Shown here: positions 5,391 to 13,632 of the stretch, one piece after another
Numbering within the stretch: the stretch's first letter is position 1
Layout of the letters: every line of letters starts with the position of its first letter
IMG/VR virus record: IMGVR_UViG_3300045988_177154
Coordinates: 96,001-160,000 of that record
Source: a virus
Length of the DNA: 64,000 nt
Strand: one strand, 5' to 3'
Notes under the pieces: model-generated
What the model was told of the DNA's origin: nothing
Seen by the model: only the letters and a program-made list of their open reading frames with translations
The model's database searches: none
Made by a program: the position numbers and the translations under genes

Positions 5391-5464
5391 CTTGTCTTAG
5401 TGTTAATAGGTTAGCATATCTCACTGTGACTGAGAAGGTACGGGTTCGAGTCCCGTAGGCATGA
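5391..5464 (+). tRNA. tRNA-His(GUG) without encoded G-1, discriminator A73
   Basis: Anticodon arm tctca-ctGTGac-tgaga; T-arm acggg-ttcgagt-cccgt; acceptor cttgtct/aggcatg with a U2.U71 mismatch. Position -1 is T5390 (it could pair with A5464) and directly follows the tRNA-Leu discriminator. No CCA. Confidence 0.75.
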
Positions 5465-5471
5465 TTAGGAA

Positions 5472-5500
5472 AGGGAACAATAATTGTTCTCTTTATTTAT
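5472..5500 (+). terminator. intrinsic terminator closing the tRNA island
   Basis: Hairpin gaacaa-taa-ttgttc followed by ctctttatttat. Confidence 0.55.
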
Positions 5501-5515
5501 TTTTAGAGGTGTTTA

Positions 5516-5635
5516 ATGAATAAAGAACTTGATAGAATTGTTGCTAATTCACCTGATGGGTTAAAGAACAATCCAATCTTCAAAGAGTTAGTAAATGAAA
5601 TAACAAAAAATAAAGAAAAGGAGAATCAAAAGTGA
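5516..5635 (+). CDS. small hypothetical protein (39 aa, MNKELDRIVANSPDGLKNNPIFKELVNEITKNKEKENQK)
   Basis: RBS gaggtg 6 nt before ATG 5516; stop TGA 5633-5635 lies inside the terminator hairpin. Confidence 0.35.
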   Translation: MNKELDRIVANSPDGLKNNPIFKELVNEITKNKEKENQK

Positions 5636-5647
5636 TTCTCTTTTTTT
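5621..5647 (+). terminator. intrinsic terminator
   Basis: gagaatca-aaag-tgattctc followed by a T7 run. Confidence 0.75.
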
Positions 5648-5651
5648 GCTA

Positions 5652-5680
5652 TTGACTAGTTATATTATTTGTTATATAAT
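5652..5680 (+). promoter_or_regulatory. sigma-A type promoter
   Basis: TTGACT 5652-5657, 17-nt spacer, TATAAT 5675-5680. Confidence 0.7.
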
Positions 5681-5714
5681 GGTAATAACATTTATTGAAA
5701 GGTAAAGTAATTAA

Positions 5715-6221
5715 ATGGAAAATTCAATCCTAGAAAAAGAAGATAAGTATATTAAAGATGGCTATAAACAAATCTATCCAAATGATAAAGATATTAAAGT
5801 TACTCTATTGAATGGGGTTTCAGATTGGATATGGATTTGTAGCTCTTTTCAAACCAGAAAATTATCATTAAGAGAAGCTTTCAAAAATAAGGGTAGCAAA
5901 TTTCTTGATGTTGAAGCTGATTATGAAGGCAATTCACATATTCAATTACGATTAACCAAAAACTCTCAAAAACAGATTTATAGTATTTCGGATATTTTTA
6001 TAACTAGTGATGATGAAAAGTTAATTCGCTTAACAGAAAAAACAGCTGAAGATTATGAGGGTTTTGTTCAAAAGATTGATAAAATATATTTCGATATAAA
6101 CGAAGGTCGATTACTTATTTTTCTTGATAAGAATTTTGTAAGTAAAAAAGGAGCGAAAGCTATTGCTAAGAAAGCAAAAGAAGATGAAGTCAAAAAATCA
6201 ATCTCTGAGTTATTTGAATAA
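5715..6221 (+). CDS. hypothetical protein, tandem paralog family A member 1 of 9
   Basis: 168-aa ORF. Family motifs: N-terminal DGYKQIYPN, KIDKIYF, LIFLDKNFVSKK, K/E-rich linker, C-terminal SISELFE. Confidence 0.8.
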   Translation: MENSILEKEDKYIKDGYKQIYPNDKDIKVTLLNGVSDWIWICSSFQTRKLSLREAFKNKGSKFLDVEADYEGNSHIQLRLTKNSQKQIYSISDIFITSDDEKLIRLTEKTAEDYEGFVQKIDKIYFDINEGRLLIFLDKNFVSKKGAKAIAKKAKEDEVKKSISELFE

Positions 6222-6242
6222 AAATAGAAAGACAAATAAGAA

Positions 6243-6746
6243 ATGGAAAATGCAATACTTATAGAAGATAAACAAATAGAAAAGGGCTTTAAACAAATAT
6301 ACCCAAATAACAATGATGTGGAAATAAGTCTGAAATCGTGGCGTGATGGTTGGCCTTGGATTAGCAAAGGTTGGGAAACTAGAAGATTAACTATTTATGA
6401 AAACATTAAGGAATGGAATAAAAATTTTTTTAAAGTTGATGTTGATTATACAGATGATTACAGTGTCAAGTTGTATCTCACTAAATCTTTTCGAACTAAA
6501 ACTTATGGAGTAGATAAGATTTATATAAAAAATGGTGATGATGAGCCCCTGTGTTTAACTAAAGTAAATTCAAAAGATTACAAAATCATAGCAAAGAAAA
6601 TAGATAAAATATATTTCAATATAAATGAACATAGTTTACTTATTCTTACTGATAAGAATTTTATCAGCAAAAAAGAGAAAAAACTCTTAAAAGAAAAATC
6701 AATAACGGAAGCCGCTAACAATTCAATTGAAGAATTATTCAACTAA
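6243..6746 (+). CDS. hypothetical protein, family A member 2
   Basis: 167 aa. Motifs KGFKQIYPN, KIDKIYF, LILTDKNFISKKEKK, C-terminal SIEELFN. Clearly alignable to 5715..6221. Confidence 0.8.
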   Translation: MENAILIEDKQIEKGFKQIYPNNNDVEISLKSWRDGWPWISKGWETRRLTIYENIKEWNKNFFKVDVDYTDDYSVKLYLTKSFRTKTYGVDKIYIKNGDDEPLCLTKVNSKDYKIIAKKIDKIYFNINEHSLLILTDKNFISKKEKKLLKEKSITEAANNSIEELFN

Positions 6747-6775
6747 AGAAAGCTTAAAACTTTCTTTTTTATTTT
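6745..6775 (+). terminator. intrinsic terminator
   Basis: aaagaaag-cttaaaa-ctttcttt plus a T-run. Confidence 0.75.
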
Positions 6776-6785
6776 TATTTTGTTG

Positions 6786-6814
6786 TTGACAAAGGGTAAA
6801 ATCTATTGTATAAT
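6786..6814 (+). promoter_or_regulatory. sigma-A type promoter
   Basis: TTGACA 6786-6791, 17-nt spacer, TATAAT 6809-6814. Confidence 0.75.
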
Positions 6815-6846
6815 AAATTTAGAAATTAAGGAAAAGGTGATAAACA

Positions 6847-7992
6847 ATGAAATTAACAATAAAAGAAACAAAGAAAGCAATCAAAAATAATCAAACTGTT
6901 AAATTTACTCTTGAGCTTAATAATGCAAGAGAACTTGCAACTAATAAGAAATATTACAAACGCTATGTAAAAGCAGTTGTGAAAAGAGTTAAATCTTTTT
7001 ATCCAACATTGGACTCATCTTATATTTTATCTGAATTAGAACGTTATGAAATCTTACCAAACGTTTCACGATTTGATGAAGAAGGTTACTTAATTCGCTA
7101 TGGTAAACAAAGATACGTTACAGCACAAACGTTTGAAGTGAATGATAATAAAATCTATTGGGTTGATTTTGATTACAATGCCAATTACTTCATCGTAGAC
7201 CAAGAATTAGGAATGAAATTAGATTCTGATGTTGCTGTATCTGATTCATTCTCAAATCACTTTGCAATATTAGTAAGCGACCCAAGCAGATTATTTCATG
7301 TTACAGATGAAGAATTACCATTATTCTTAAAATTATCAAAGACAGCACAAGGTTCTTTCAATATTGCAGTTGATGAAAATGTTTTTGCTGGAACAAAATC
7401 TAAACTTGTAAATCTTGATAAACAAAAAATTACTCGTAAAGCATATGAAGAAGAATTAAAAAATATTAGAACTAAAATTGTTGAAGTAAATAGAGTAATC
7501 TCCCCTATTTATGAAGAATTGACTACAAAATTCAATGATAAAGTAATCAAATCACAAAAAGTTGTTTCTAGTAAAATTGTTCGTGATTCATTCCGTGAAG
7601 TAAGTCAAAAATTCAATGAATTTATTGCTAAGAAATTAGGTTTACGTTGCGATTATAATTCTATTGCATTAAGTTCTGAAATTCGTTGGCCACAAGAAGG
7701 TGAATACGGTGGAGCATTATATCGTGAATATGATGGTACAATGTGTGTTCAACCAGATTTAGCAGACCGATACATTGAAAAGAATTACTCTAAAGAAATT
7801 AAAGCAATTAAAACTGAAATTGAAAAATTAAACAAGAAATTGGGCTCAAAATCACCAATTCAATTTGAAATTGGTTACGGTGTTTCTGTCGGTGATAAAA
7901 CTTCTAACATTTATGCAGCTATTTCATTAAAGAAATTGCCAGAAACAATTGTCGCTAAATACTTCAACAAAATGGAAAATCTATTTAAATAA
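6847..7992 (+). CDS. hypothetical protein (381 aa)
   Basis: Long ORF with RBS aaggaaaaggtg upstream. No recognisable motif. Has its own promoter and terminator. Confidence 0.8.
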   Translation: MKLTIKETKKAIKNNQTVKFTLELNNARELATNKKYYKRYVKAVVKRVKSFYPTLDSSYILSELERYEILPNVSRFDEEGYLIRYGKQRYVTAQTFEVNDNKIYWVDFDYNANYFIVDQELGMKLDSDVAVSDSFSNHFAILVSDPSRLFHVTDEELPLFLKLSKTAQGSFNIAVDENVFAGTKSKLVNLDKQKITRKAYEEELKNIRTKIVEVNRVISPIYEELTTKFNDKVIKSQKVVSSKIVRDSFREVSQKFNEFIAKKLGLRCDYNSIALSSEIRWPQEGEYGGALYREYDGTMCVQPDLADRYIEKNYSKEIKAIKTEIEKLNKKLGSKSPIQFEIGYGVSVGDKTSNIYAAISLKKLPETIVAKYFNKMENLFK

Positions 7993-8002
7993 AATAAAGA
8001 TT

Positions 8003-8033
8003 AAGAAAGTCAATTTTTGACTTTCTTATTTTT
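8003..8033 (+). terminator. intrinsic terminator
   Basis: aagaaagtca-attttt-tgactttctt plus a T-run. Confidence 0.8.
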
Positions 8034-8034
8034 G

Positions 8035-8063
8035 TTGATTTTTTGTGAATTTTATTATATAAT
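8035..8063 (+). promoter_or_regulatory. sigma-A type promoter
   Basis: TTGATT 8035-8040, 17-nt spacer, TATAAT 8058-8063. Confidence 0.65.
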
Positions 8064-8093
8064 ATAACAAAACGATACTGAAAGGTTGAAACA

Positions 8094-8648
8094 ATGAACA
8101 CTATTGTAGAAAATAAAAGTAAATTAGATAAATTAGTACAAGATGGGTATAAAATTATTTATCCTAATTCTATTGATGGATTGGATTTTGAAGTTATTAC
8201 TGAAGAATGGTTTACAACAGCAGGTCTTATGGAAACTCATTATGTGATTGAAAAAAGTTTAAATTGTTCAGCATTAAGTTTATATGAAAAATTCTTCAAA
8301 TACAAAAATGATTTATTCCTTAATTTCAGCACTCTCATTACATCAAAATTTGGTGATTGTTCTGATAAGAAACATATATTAAGATTCGGAAAAAGTGATG
8401 CTAAAAAAGAGTTCAAAATACGAAAATTACTAATTGTTTCAGACAGTATGGAATTTAAACTTGGAGATTATCCAAAATTTCAAGAAAAGATTAACTTTAT
8501 TCTGTTCGACCCTAAAAATCTTTACTTAGTATTCTATATTGATGATAAATTCAAATCAAAGGAAGCTCAAAAAGAAGATTTAGAAAAGAATAAAAAACAA
8601 AATCTTGAAAATGAATTAGAAGAAGATTTGCAATCGCTATTTGATTAA
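8094..8648 (+). CDS. hypothetical protein, family A member 3
   Basis: 184 aa. Motifs DGYKIIYPN, KINFILF, YIDDKFKSKEAQK, C-terminal LQSLFD. Confidence 0.8.
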   Translation: MNTIVENKSKLDKLVQDGYKIIYPNSIDGLDFEVITEEWFTTAGLMETHYVIEKSLNCSALSLYEKFFKYKNDLFLNFSTLITSKFGDCSDKKHILRFGKSDAKKEFKIRKLLIVSDSMEFKLGDYPKFQEKINFILFDPKNLYLVFYIDDKFKSKEAQKEDLEKNKKQNLENELEEDLQSLFD

Positions 8649-8752
8649 CACTCCAGCTCTAAGCTGTTTTGTTAAATGAATGATAAATGCTATTAAAAAC
8701 GATGTGAACTGACTTAGAGTTGCTTAGACTGTAATGTAGTATCACTTAAAAT
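8649..8752 (-). repeat. dispersed intergenic repeat, copy 1 (degenerate)
   Basis: Starts ctaagctgtttt and ends cttaaaatgaaag, like copy 2. The central palindromes are decayed. Confidence 0.5.
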
Positions 8753-8771
8753 GAAAGGAACAAATAAAACT

Positions 8772-9278
8772 ATGAATCATATTGTAGAAGAAGAAAAGAA
8801 AGATATTTTAGCGCCTCATATTGAAGATGGATATAAAGTTATCTATCCTAATAAAAACGTAAAAATTGAATTAGTAAATATTTATAAAAAACGGGCTTCT
8901 CAGCATATTAAAATTGGGTTAATTTGTTCAGGCCTGAAGTTATGGGATAGACTTTCTACTTATAAAAAAGATTTATTCTTGAAGCCGGGTAACTTTGAAA
9001 AGGGGGAGAATAAATTAACAATTAGTAGAGATGGAGCAGAAGCTACATTTAATTTAGAAAGAAATATTTTTATTTATGATTTAAATAATAAATATTTTGG
9101 CTCAGAAGCAAAGTTCCCCGAAAAGATTGAATATATTTTACTTAAGCAAAATTTCAACACAACTCATTTGCGAATTATAATAGATGATAAGTTTAAAACA
9201 AAAGCTGCTCAAAAACATTACCGAATCCAAAATGAAAAGAGAAAACTTGAAGAAGAATTAGACTTGAACCTAAGTTAG
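8772..9278 (+). CDS. hypothetical protein, family A member 4
   Basis: Start moved to ATG 8772 (MNHIVEEE; aaagga upstream), because ATG 8751 lies inside the repeat and has no RBS. Motifs DGYKVIYPN and IIIDDKFKTKAAQK. Confidence 0.75.
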   Translation: MNHIVEEEKKDILAPHIEDGYKVIYPNKNVKIELVNIYKKRASQHIKIGLICSGLKLWDRLSTYKKDLFLKPGNFEKGENKLTISRDGAEATFNLERNIFIYDLNNKYFGSEAKFPEKIEYILLKQNFNTTHLRIIIDDKFKTKAAQKHYRIQNEKRKLEEELDLNLS

Positions 9279-9388
9279 TATAAGCGTTTCTAAACTGTTT
9301 TTTCGTAAAGTCGATACATTTATCGAAAATCAGTTTTAACAGTTTTAGAATTGCTTATATGACGATATAATAACCCTTAAAATGAAAG
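9279..9388 (-). repeat. dispersed intergenic repeat, copy 2
   Basis: Its reverse complement matches copies 3, 7 and 9. It contains tcgatacatttatcga and ttatatgacgatataa. Confidence 0.8.
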
Positions 9389-9403
9389 TGAGTAATTGTA
9401 AAA

Positions 9404-9898
9404 ATGAATGAAATTGTTTCAGTGAAAGATGAAAATAATTTAGATGAAAATTATAAATTAGTTTATCCTAATAATAAAGGATTAGCAGTAAGACTGTATG
9501 AAAGCAACACATCTTTATTAACTCATTCATCTGACAGTTGTTTTTTGAGTTTTTTTGAAGTTTTGTTTAATATAAATGATTTGTTTATTGAAAAAACAAA
9601 GTATCAAAAAATCGTGTCTGAGTATAGGCCATGGTTTAGATTGGTATTTACATCTTTTAAAAATGACTCCTTTAAAGATGAGTACAATATTAAGAATGTA
9701 AAAGTTCTAAATGAACAACATAAATCAATAGAAATAAAATATCCCAAGAAAATTAAAGAGATTTATTTTAGTACAGAAAATAATACAGTTGCTATTGTTA
9801 TTGACTCTAATTTCTGTTCTAAGCATGAGAAAAAGCAGACAGCTGAATTGAAAGAAAAAGAAAATCTTTCAAATAGTGTTAAAGATTTATTGAATTAG
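9404..9898 (+). CDS. hypothetical protein, family A member 5
   Basis: 164 aa. Motifs ENYKLVYPN, KIKEIYF, IVIDSNFCSKHEKK, C-terminal SVKDLLN. Confidence 0.8.
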   Translation: MNEIVSVKDENNLDENYKLVYPNNKGLAVRLYESNTSLLTHSSDSCFLSFFEVLFNINDLFIEKTKYQKIVSEYRPWFRLVFTSFKNDSFKDEYNIKNVKVLNEQHKSIEIKYPKKIKEIYFSTENNTVAIVIDSNFCSKHEKKQTAELKEKENLSNSVKDLLN

Positions 9899-9910
9899 AA
9901 AGGTACACAA

Positions 9911-10447
9911 ATGAATGAAATAGTTTCAATAAAAAATAAAAATTTTTTAGATGGGTATAAGCTCGTTTATCCCACCAACAACAAAGATTTAAAAGTTAAT
10001 ATTTTAGATGATAATGGTGATGGGCAACTTCATATCGGGATAAGTAATCTTGATTTAAACATGCTTGAAGAGGTGCTTTATTTCAACAAATTGTTTATTA
10101 GTAAATATAGCAAATTGATTTTGGAGAACCATATAGAAAATTTTAGCTCTGGAGTTACATTATTGTTTACTTCAAAAGAGGGTAAAGAAATAAAAGGCTT
10201 TGCAATAAAATCTTTGAAAATAACAGATTCTCACGGGGAGAAAGTTGATTTTACTCATCTTGAGTTAATTAAAGAAATTTATTTTAATGCAGATACTGGA
10301 GCTGTTATTATTGTTACAGATGAAAAATTCTGCTCTGCTAAAGAGAAGAAATACATCAAAGAGCAGAAAGTAAAAAATCATGAAAAAGCAATAAAAGAAC
10401 AGAAAGAGAAAGCATTATTAAATAGTGTTGAAAATTTATTGAATTAG
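9911..10447 (+). CDS. hypothetical protein, family A member 6
   Basis: 178 aa. Motifs DGYKLVYPT, IKEIYF, IIVTDEKFCSAKEKK, C-terminal SVENLLN. Confidence 0.8.
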   Translation: MNEIVSIKNKNFLDGYKLVYPTNNKDLKVNILDDNGDGQLHIGISNLDLNMLEEVLYFNKLFISKYSKLILENHIENFSSGVTLLFTSKEGKEIKGFAIKSLKITDSHGEKVDFTHLELIKEIYFNADTGAVIIVTDEKFCSAKEKKYIKEQKVKNHEKAIKEQKEKALLNSVENLLN

Positions 10448-10459
10448 AAAGGCTCAAAA

Positions 10460-10987
10460 ATGAATGAAATTGTTTCAACAAATAATGAATTACAAGATTA
10501 TAAGTTAATTTATCCTAATGATAAAAAGTTAAGAGTTAATCTTTCAGATGGATTAACAAGTGCTAGTCTTAAATTTGGAAGTGAAACTGATAAACTGAAC
10601 TTTTTTGAAAGATTTCTTAACTTTAACAATTTGTTCATTTCTAAATATGATTATCAAGCTTTTATGAAAGCTCCTGAGTTTAATACTAGGGCTTTGTCTT
10701 TGCGTTTCCTTTCAAATGAGGGCGAACTTGTGAGAATTTTCAGATTATCTCATATAAAAATAGTAAATTCTCAATATGAAGAAGTGCCAATTTCTCATAT
10801 TAAACAAATAAAAGAAATTTACTTTAGTGATGAGCTTGGCTCTGTTATTATTGTTATAGATGAAAATTTCTGCTCAATGCGTGAGAGAAAAGATTTAAGA
10901 GATGAAATGAAAGCAAAAAATGAATTACTTGCCAAAGAGACTAGACAAGAAACTCTATTAAAAGAAGTAAATGATTTGTTGAATTAG
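10460..10987 (+). CDS. hypothetical protein, family A member 7
   Basis: 175 aa. Motifs QDYKLIYPN, IKEIYF, IIVIDENFCSMRERK, C-terminal VNDLLN. Confidence 0.8.
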   Translation: MNEIVSTNNELQDYKLIYPNDKKLRVNLSDGLTSASLKFGSETDKLNFFERFLNFNNLFISKYDYQAFMKAPEFNTRALSLRFLSNEGELVRIFRLSHIKIVNSQYEEVPISHIKQIKEIYFSDELGSVIIVIDENFCSMRERKDLRDEMKAKNELLAKETRQETLLKEVNDLLN

Positions 10988-11003
10988 AAAGGATTGAATC
11001 AAG

Positions 11004-11510
11004 ATGAATGAACTTGTTTCAAATGACTATAAAGAGGATTTGCTCAAAGACAATTACAAACTGATTTATCCAAATGATTTGGGCTTGATTGTAACTATGA
11101 ACAAAGGTGATACTAAAATTATTTTCAAAAGAGGATTTGACAAAAAGTTAGGACTGTTGGGCGCGTTTGAAAATAGTAATAAACTATTTGTTTCTTACCA
11201 CATTTTTGATACAGCTAGACGATTAAACTCAAATTCTCATGAAAAATTAACATTAGAGTTTAAAGAGCTTAACAAATCAGAAATTAAAGAAATTCCTATT
11301 GTAAATATTAAAATTCTTGATGAACAAGGTGAGGAGTATTTAAATAACACATGGAGTAGACGAATTAAGAAAATCTATTTGAATACTGAAAAAGCTGCTC
11401 TTATAATTGTAATTGATGAAAGTTTTCAATTCCCAGAGCAATTAAAAGAACTTAAATTAAAGCAAAAAGCAGAAAAATTAGAGAATAAAATCAACTCATT
11501 GTTAAAATAA
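11004..11510 (+). CDS. hypothetical protein, family A member 8
   Basis: 168 aa. Motifs DNYKLIYPN, IKKIYL, IIVIDESF, C-terminal INSLLK. Confidence 0.8.
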   Translation: MNELVSNDYKEDLLKDNYKLIYPNDLGLIVTMNKGDTKIIFKRGFDKKLGLLGAFENSNKLFVSYHIFDTARRLNSNSHEKLTLEFKELNKSEIKEIPIVNIKILDEQGEEYLNNTWSRRIKKIYLNTEKAALIIVIDESFQFPEQLKELKLKQKAEKLENKINSLLK

Positions 11511-11524
11511 AAGGAGAGAACTAT

Positions 11525-11827
11525 ATGCTATTCAAATTGAAAGATACAGAAGTAAATGAAATTACACCAATTTATAAAGATGAACACTATGAAGAAGGCT
11601 GGTGTGAAACTTGTGGTGGCGAATGGGTAGATGCTGAAATTGAAATCGAAATTGTTTTTGGTGATTCAACTTCATATATTTATAGAAACAATAACAATGC
11701 TGAAATTAAATCAATTACTACAGTTATTAACTATCTATTTACACATTTAAACGAATTTCCTAACATGACGAAAGATGAGTTTATTAGCCATCTTAAGCAC
11801 CAGCTTGATGAAGATTTCAAAGATTAG
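11525..11827 (+). CDS. small acidic hypothetical protein (100 aa)
   Basis: RBS aaggagag upstream. D/E-rich, with a single CETCGG motif. Inserted between family A members 8 and 9. Confidence 0.7.
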   Translation: MLFKLKDTEVNEITPIYKDEHYEEGWCETCGGEWVDAEIEIEIVFGDSTSYIYRNNNNAEIKSITTVINYLFTHLNEFPNMTKDEFISHLKHQLDEDFKD

Positions 11828-11839
11828 AAAGAGTAAAAA

Positions 11840-12331
11840 ATGAATAACATTACTCAAAATTTCAAAGAAAATTTATTAGCTAATAACTATAAATTGATTT
11901 ATCCTAACTCTAAAAAAATAGAGATTAGGATATTTGCTAAAAAACTCTTTAGCTTAACCAAAAAAGCACAAGATATAGAACAATTGACTCCAATTCAAAA
12001 AATTCTTTATTGGGGCCAATTGTTTTTGAATGAAGAAAGATACAAATTCATAAGAGAATTAAAGAAAGATGAGCTTTTGATTAAATTTTTTAATAAAACT
12101 GGTATTGAAGAAAAATTTATCTTTTCAACTGTTAAGATTTATGATGAAAATGGCTCTCCATATTACTCATTATATCCTAAGAAAATTAAAGAAATTTATT
12201 TGAATTTTAGCTCAAAAAGTGTTATAATTGTCATAGATGAAAGATTCAAGACTAAAAAAGAAAAAGCTTGGATTAAAAAAGAAAAAAAGAAAGGAAACTT
12301 TACAAAGAATTTAGAATCTTTGATAAGTTAA
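11840..12331 (+). CDS. hypothetical protein, family A member 9
   Basis: 163 aa. Motifs NNYKLIYPN, KIKEIYL, IIVIDERFKTKKEK, C-terminal LESLIS. Confidence 0.8.
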   Translation: MNNITQNFKENLLANNYKLIYPNSKKIEIRIFAKKLFSLTKKAQDIEQLTPIQKILYWGQLFLNEERYKFIRELKKDELLIKFFNKTGIEEKFIFSTVKIYDENGSPYYSLYPKKIKEIYLNFSSKSVIIVIDERFKTKKEKAWIKKEKKKGNFTKNLESLIS

Positions 12332-12352
12332 ACAGTGAAAGGAATGCCTCTA

Positions 12353-13081
12353 ATGAAACTAGATAATAACATTTATGATAACAATTCAGTATTTGATACG
12401 AATGAAAAAGAAATCTTTAATGGTAATTTTAAGGAACTTAAAGAGTTCATGTCAAATACTTTCAATTTTAAATTGACTGATAATGAAAATATGGAAGTTT
12501 ATGAGGATTTTAATGGTCGTGACTTTAAAATTCAAATGGGAATCCACATTGACCCAGAATTTCTAAAACAATTAGAAGCAACGGCTAGTGCAGAAGCAAA
12601 ACTTGAAGAAATCTATAACAAAGTTTTTGGCAAATTCTCAATTAAAGAAATGTTAGAAATGATTAAATCTAAAAAAATTCTAAATTTCATGGAACAATTT
12701 ATGAATGAAGTACCACTTGGTTTTGACAATCCTTATGAAGCAAATTACTTTATCTTTGAAACTGTAGAAGATTTTATTGAAGCAATGATTGCTCAACTTT
12801 ACTACAAATACAAAGAATCTGGTATTATGATTTCATTTTGTCCTAATACTAACATTACTACTGATGAATTTATGTTCACAACTGAATTATTTGCTACTCA
12901 AGAAAATGGTGAATATTATATTTTTGAACGAATTAGTGGCCAAGGCGAAACATTCTATCATATTTACAATATTAAAGATGGTAAATTATCAGCTAATGTT
13001 TGGAGAGAAACTATTGAATATAGCAGAGCTCTAAACGCATTGAATGAAGTATATAAGGAGAGAATCAATGAAGCAAATTAA
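12353..13081 (+). CDS. hypothetical protein
   Basis: ORF 12335..13081. Start placed at ATG 12353, 9 nt after aaagga. Confidence 0.7.
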   Translation: MKLDNNIYDNNSVFDTNEKEIFNGNFKELKEFMSNTFNFKLTDNENMEVYEDFNGRDFKIQMGIHIDPEFLKQLEATASAEAKLEEIYNKVFGKFSIKEMLEMIKSKKILNFMEQFMNEVPLGFDNPYEANYFIFETVEDFIEAMIAQLYYKYKESGIMISFCPNTNITTDEFMFTTELFATQENGEYYIFERISGQGETFYHIYNIKDGKLSANVWRETIEYSRALNALNEVYKERINEAN

Positions 13082-13631
13082 AAGTTATGTTTTTGAAGCT
13101 GGAGATACTCTCTATTATGTAGATAAAGAAGGTGAAGTTTATTCTTTTGAAGTAACAGAAGATTTACTTAAACCTCAATCTGAAATGCCCACTTCATTCC
13201 TTGATAATTATGTTCTCAAACCATATACTCCAGTAACTGTTTATGACGATTTTGGACGATTGTGGTTATGGTCAGCTAAGGGGCAATGGACTGGTGCTGG
13301 TATGGCTTCAAGTTTTAATGTGGAATATTCAAGTAAAGTTGCTGATGTTTTTATTACTGAAGAGGAAGCATTTGAATTTAGTAAAGCTCGTAAGAAGCAC
13401 AATGAAGAAAATGAATTTTTTGATTCTTATGCAACAATTCATATTAAGCATGCAGTATCAAATAGAGTGTTAGAATCATTAGCATTTACAAAATATTCAT
13501 TAGTTGAGCTCATTAAATTAGTTAATATTTATAGAACAGAAAATACTCCAATTAAAATTTCTGTTTTGGATTATGAGGGGAATGAGTTCGCTTATTCTCA
13601 AATCGAAAAAGAACTAGAAAGATTTTATTAG
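13068..13631 (+). CDS. hypothetical protein
   Basis: Start placed at ATG 13068, after aaggag. Overlaps the upstream gene by 14 nt. Confidence 0.7.
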   Translation: MKQIKSYVFEAGDTLYYVDKEGEVYSFEVTEDLLKPQSEMPTSFLDNYVLKPYTPVTVYDDFGRLWLWSAKGQWTGAGMASSFNVEYSSKVADVFITEEEAFEFSKARKKHNEENEFFDSYATIHIKHAVSNRVLESLAFTKYSLVELIKLVNIYRTENTPIKISVLDYEGNEFAYSQIEKELERFY

Positions 13632-13632
13632 A

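Noticed and set aside
5233-5424. 63-aa minus-strand ORF
   Set aside because: It is antisense to tRNA-Val, tRNA-Leu and tRNA-His, so it is an artefact.
1-5464. tRNA island as an integration (att) site of a prophage or genomic island
   Set aside because: No integrase or recombinase is present, and no duplicated tRNA 3' fragment. The tRNAs are embedded in the same promoter/terminator architecture as the rest of the element, so they appear to be cargo of the element itself.
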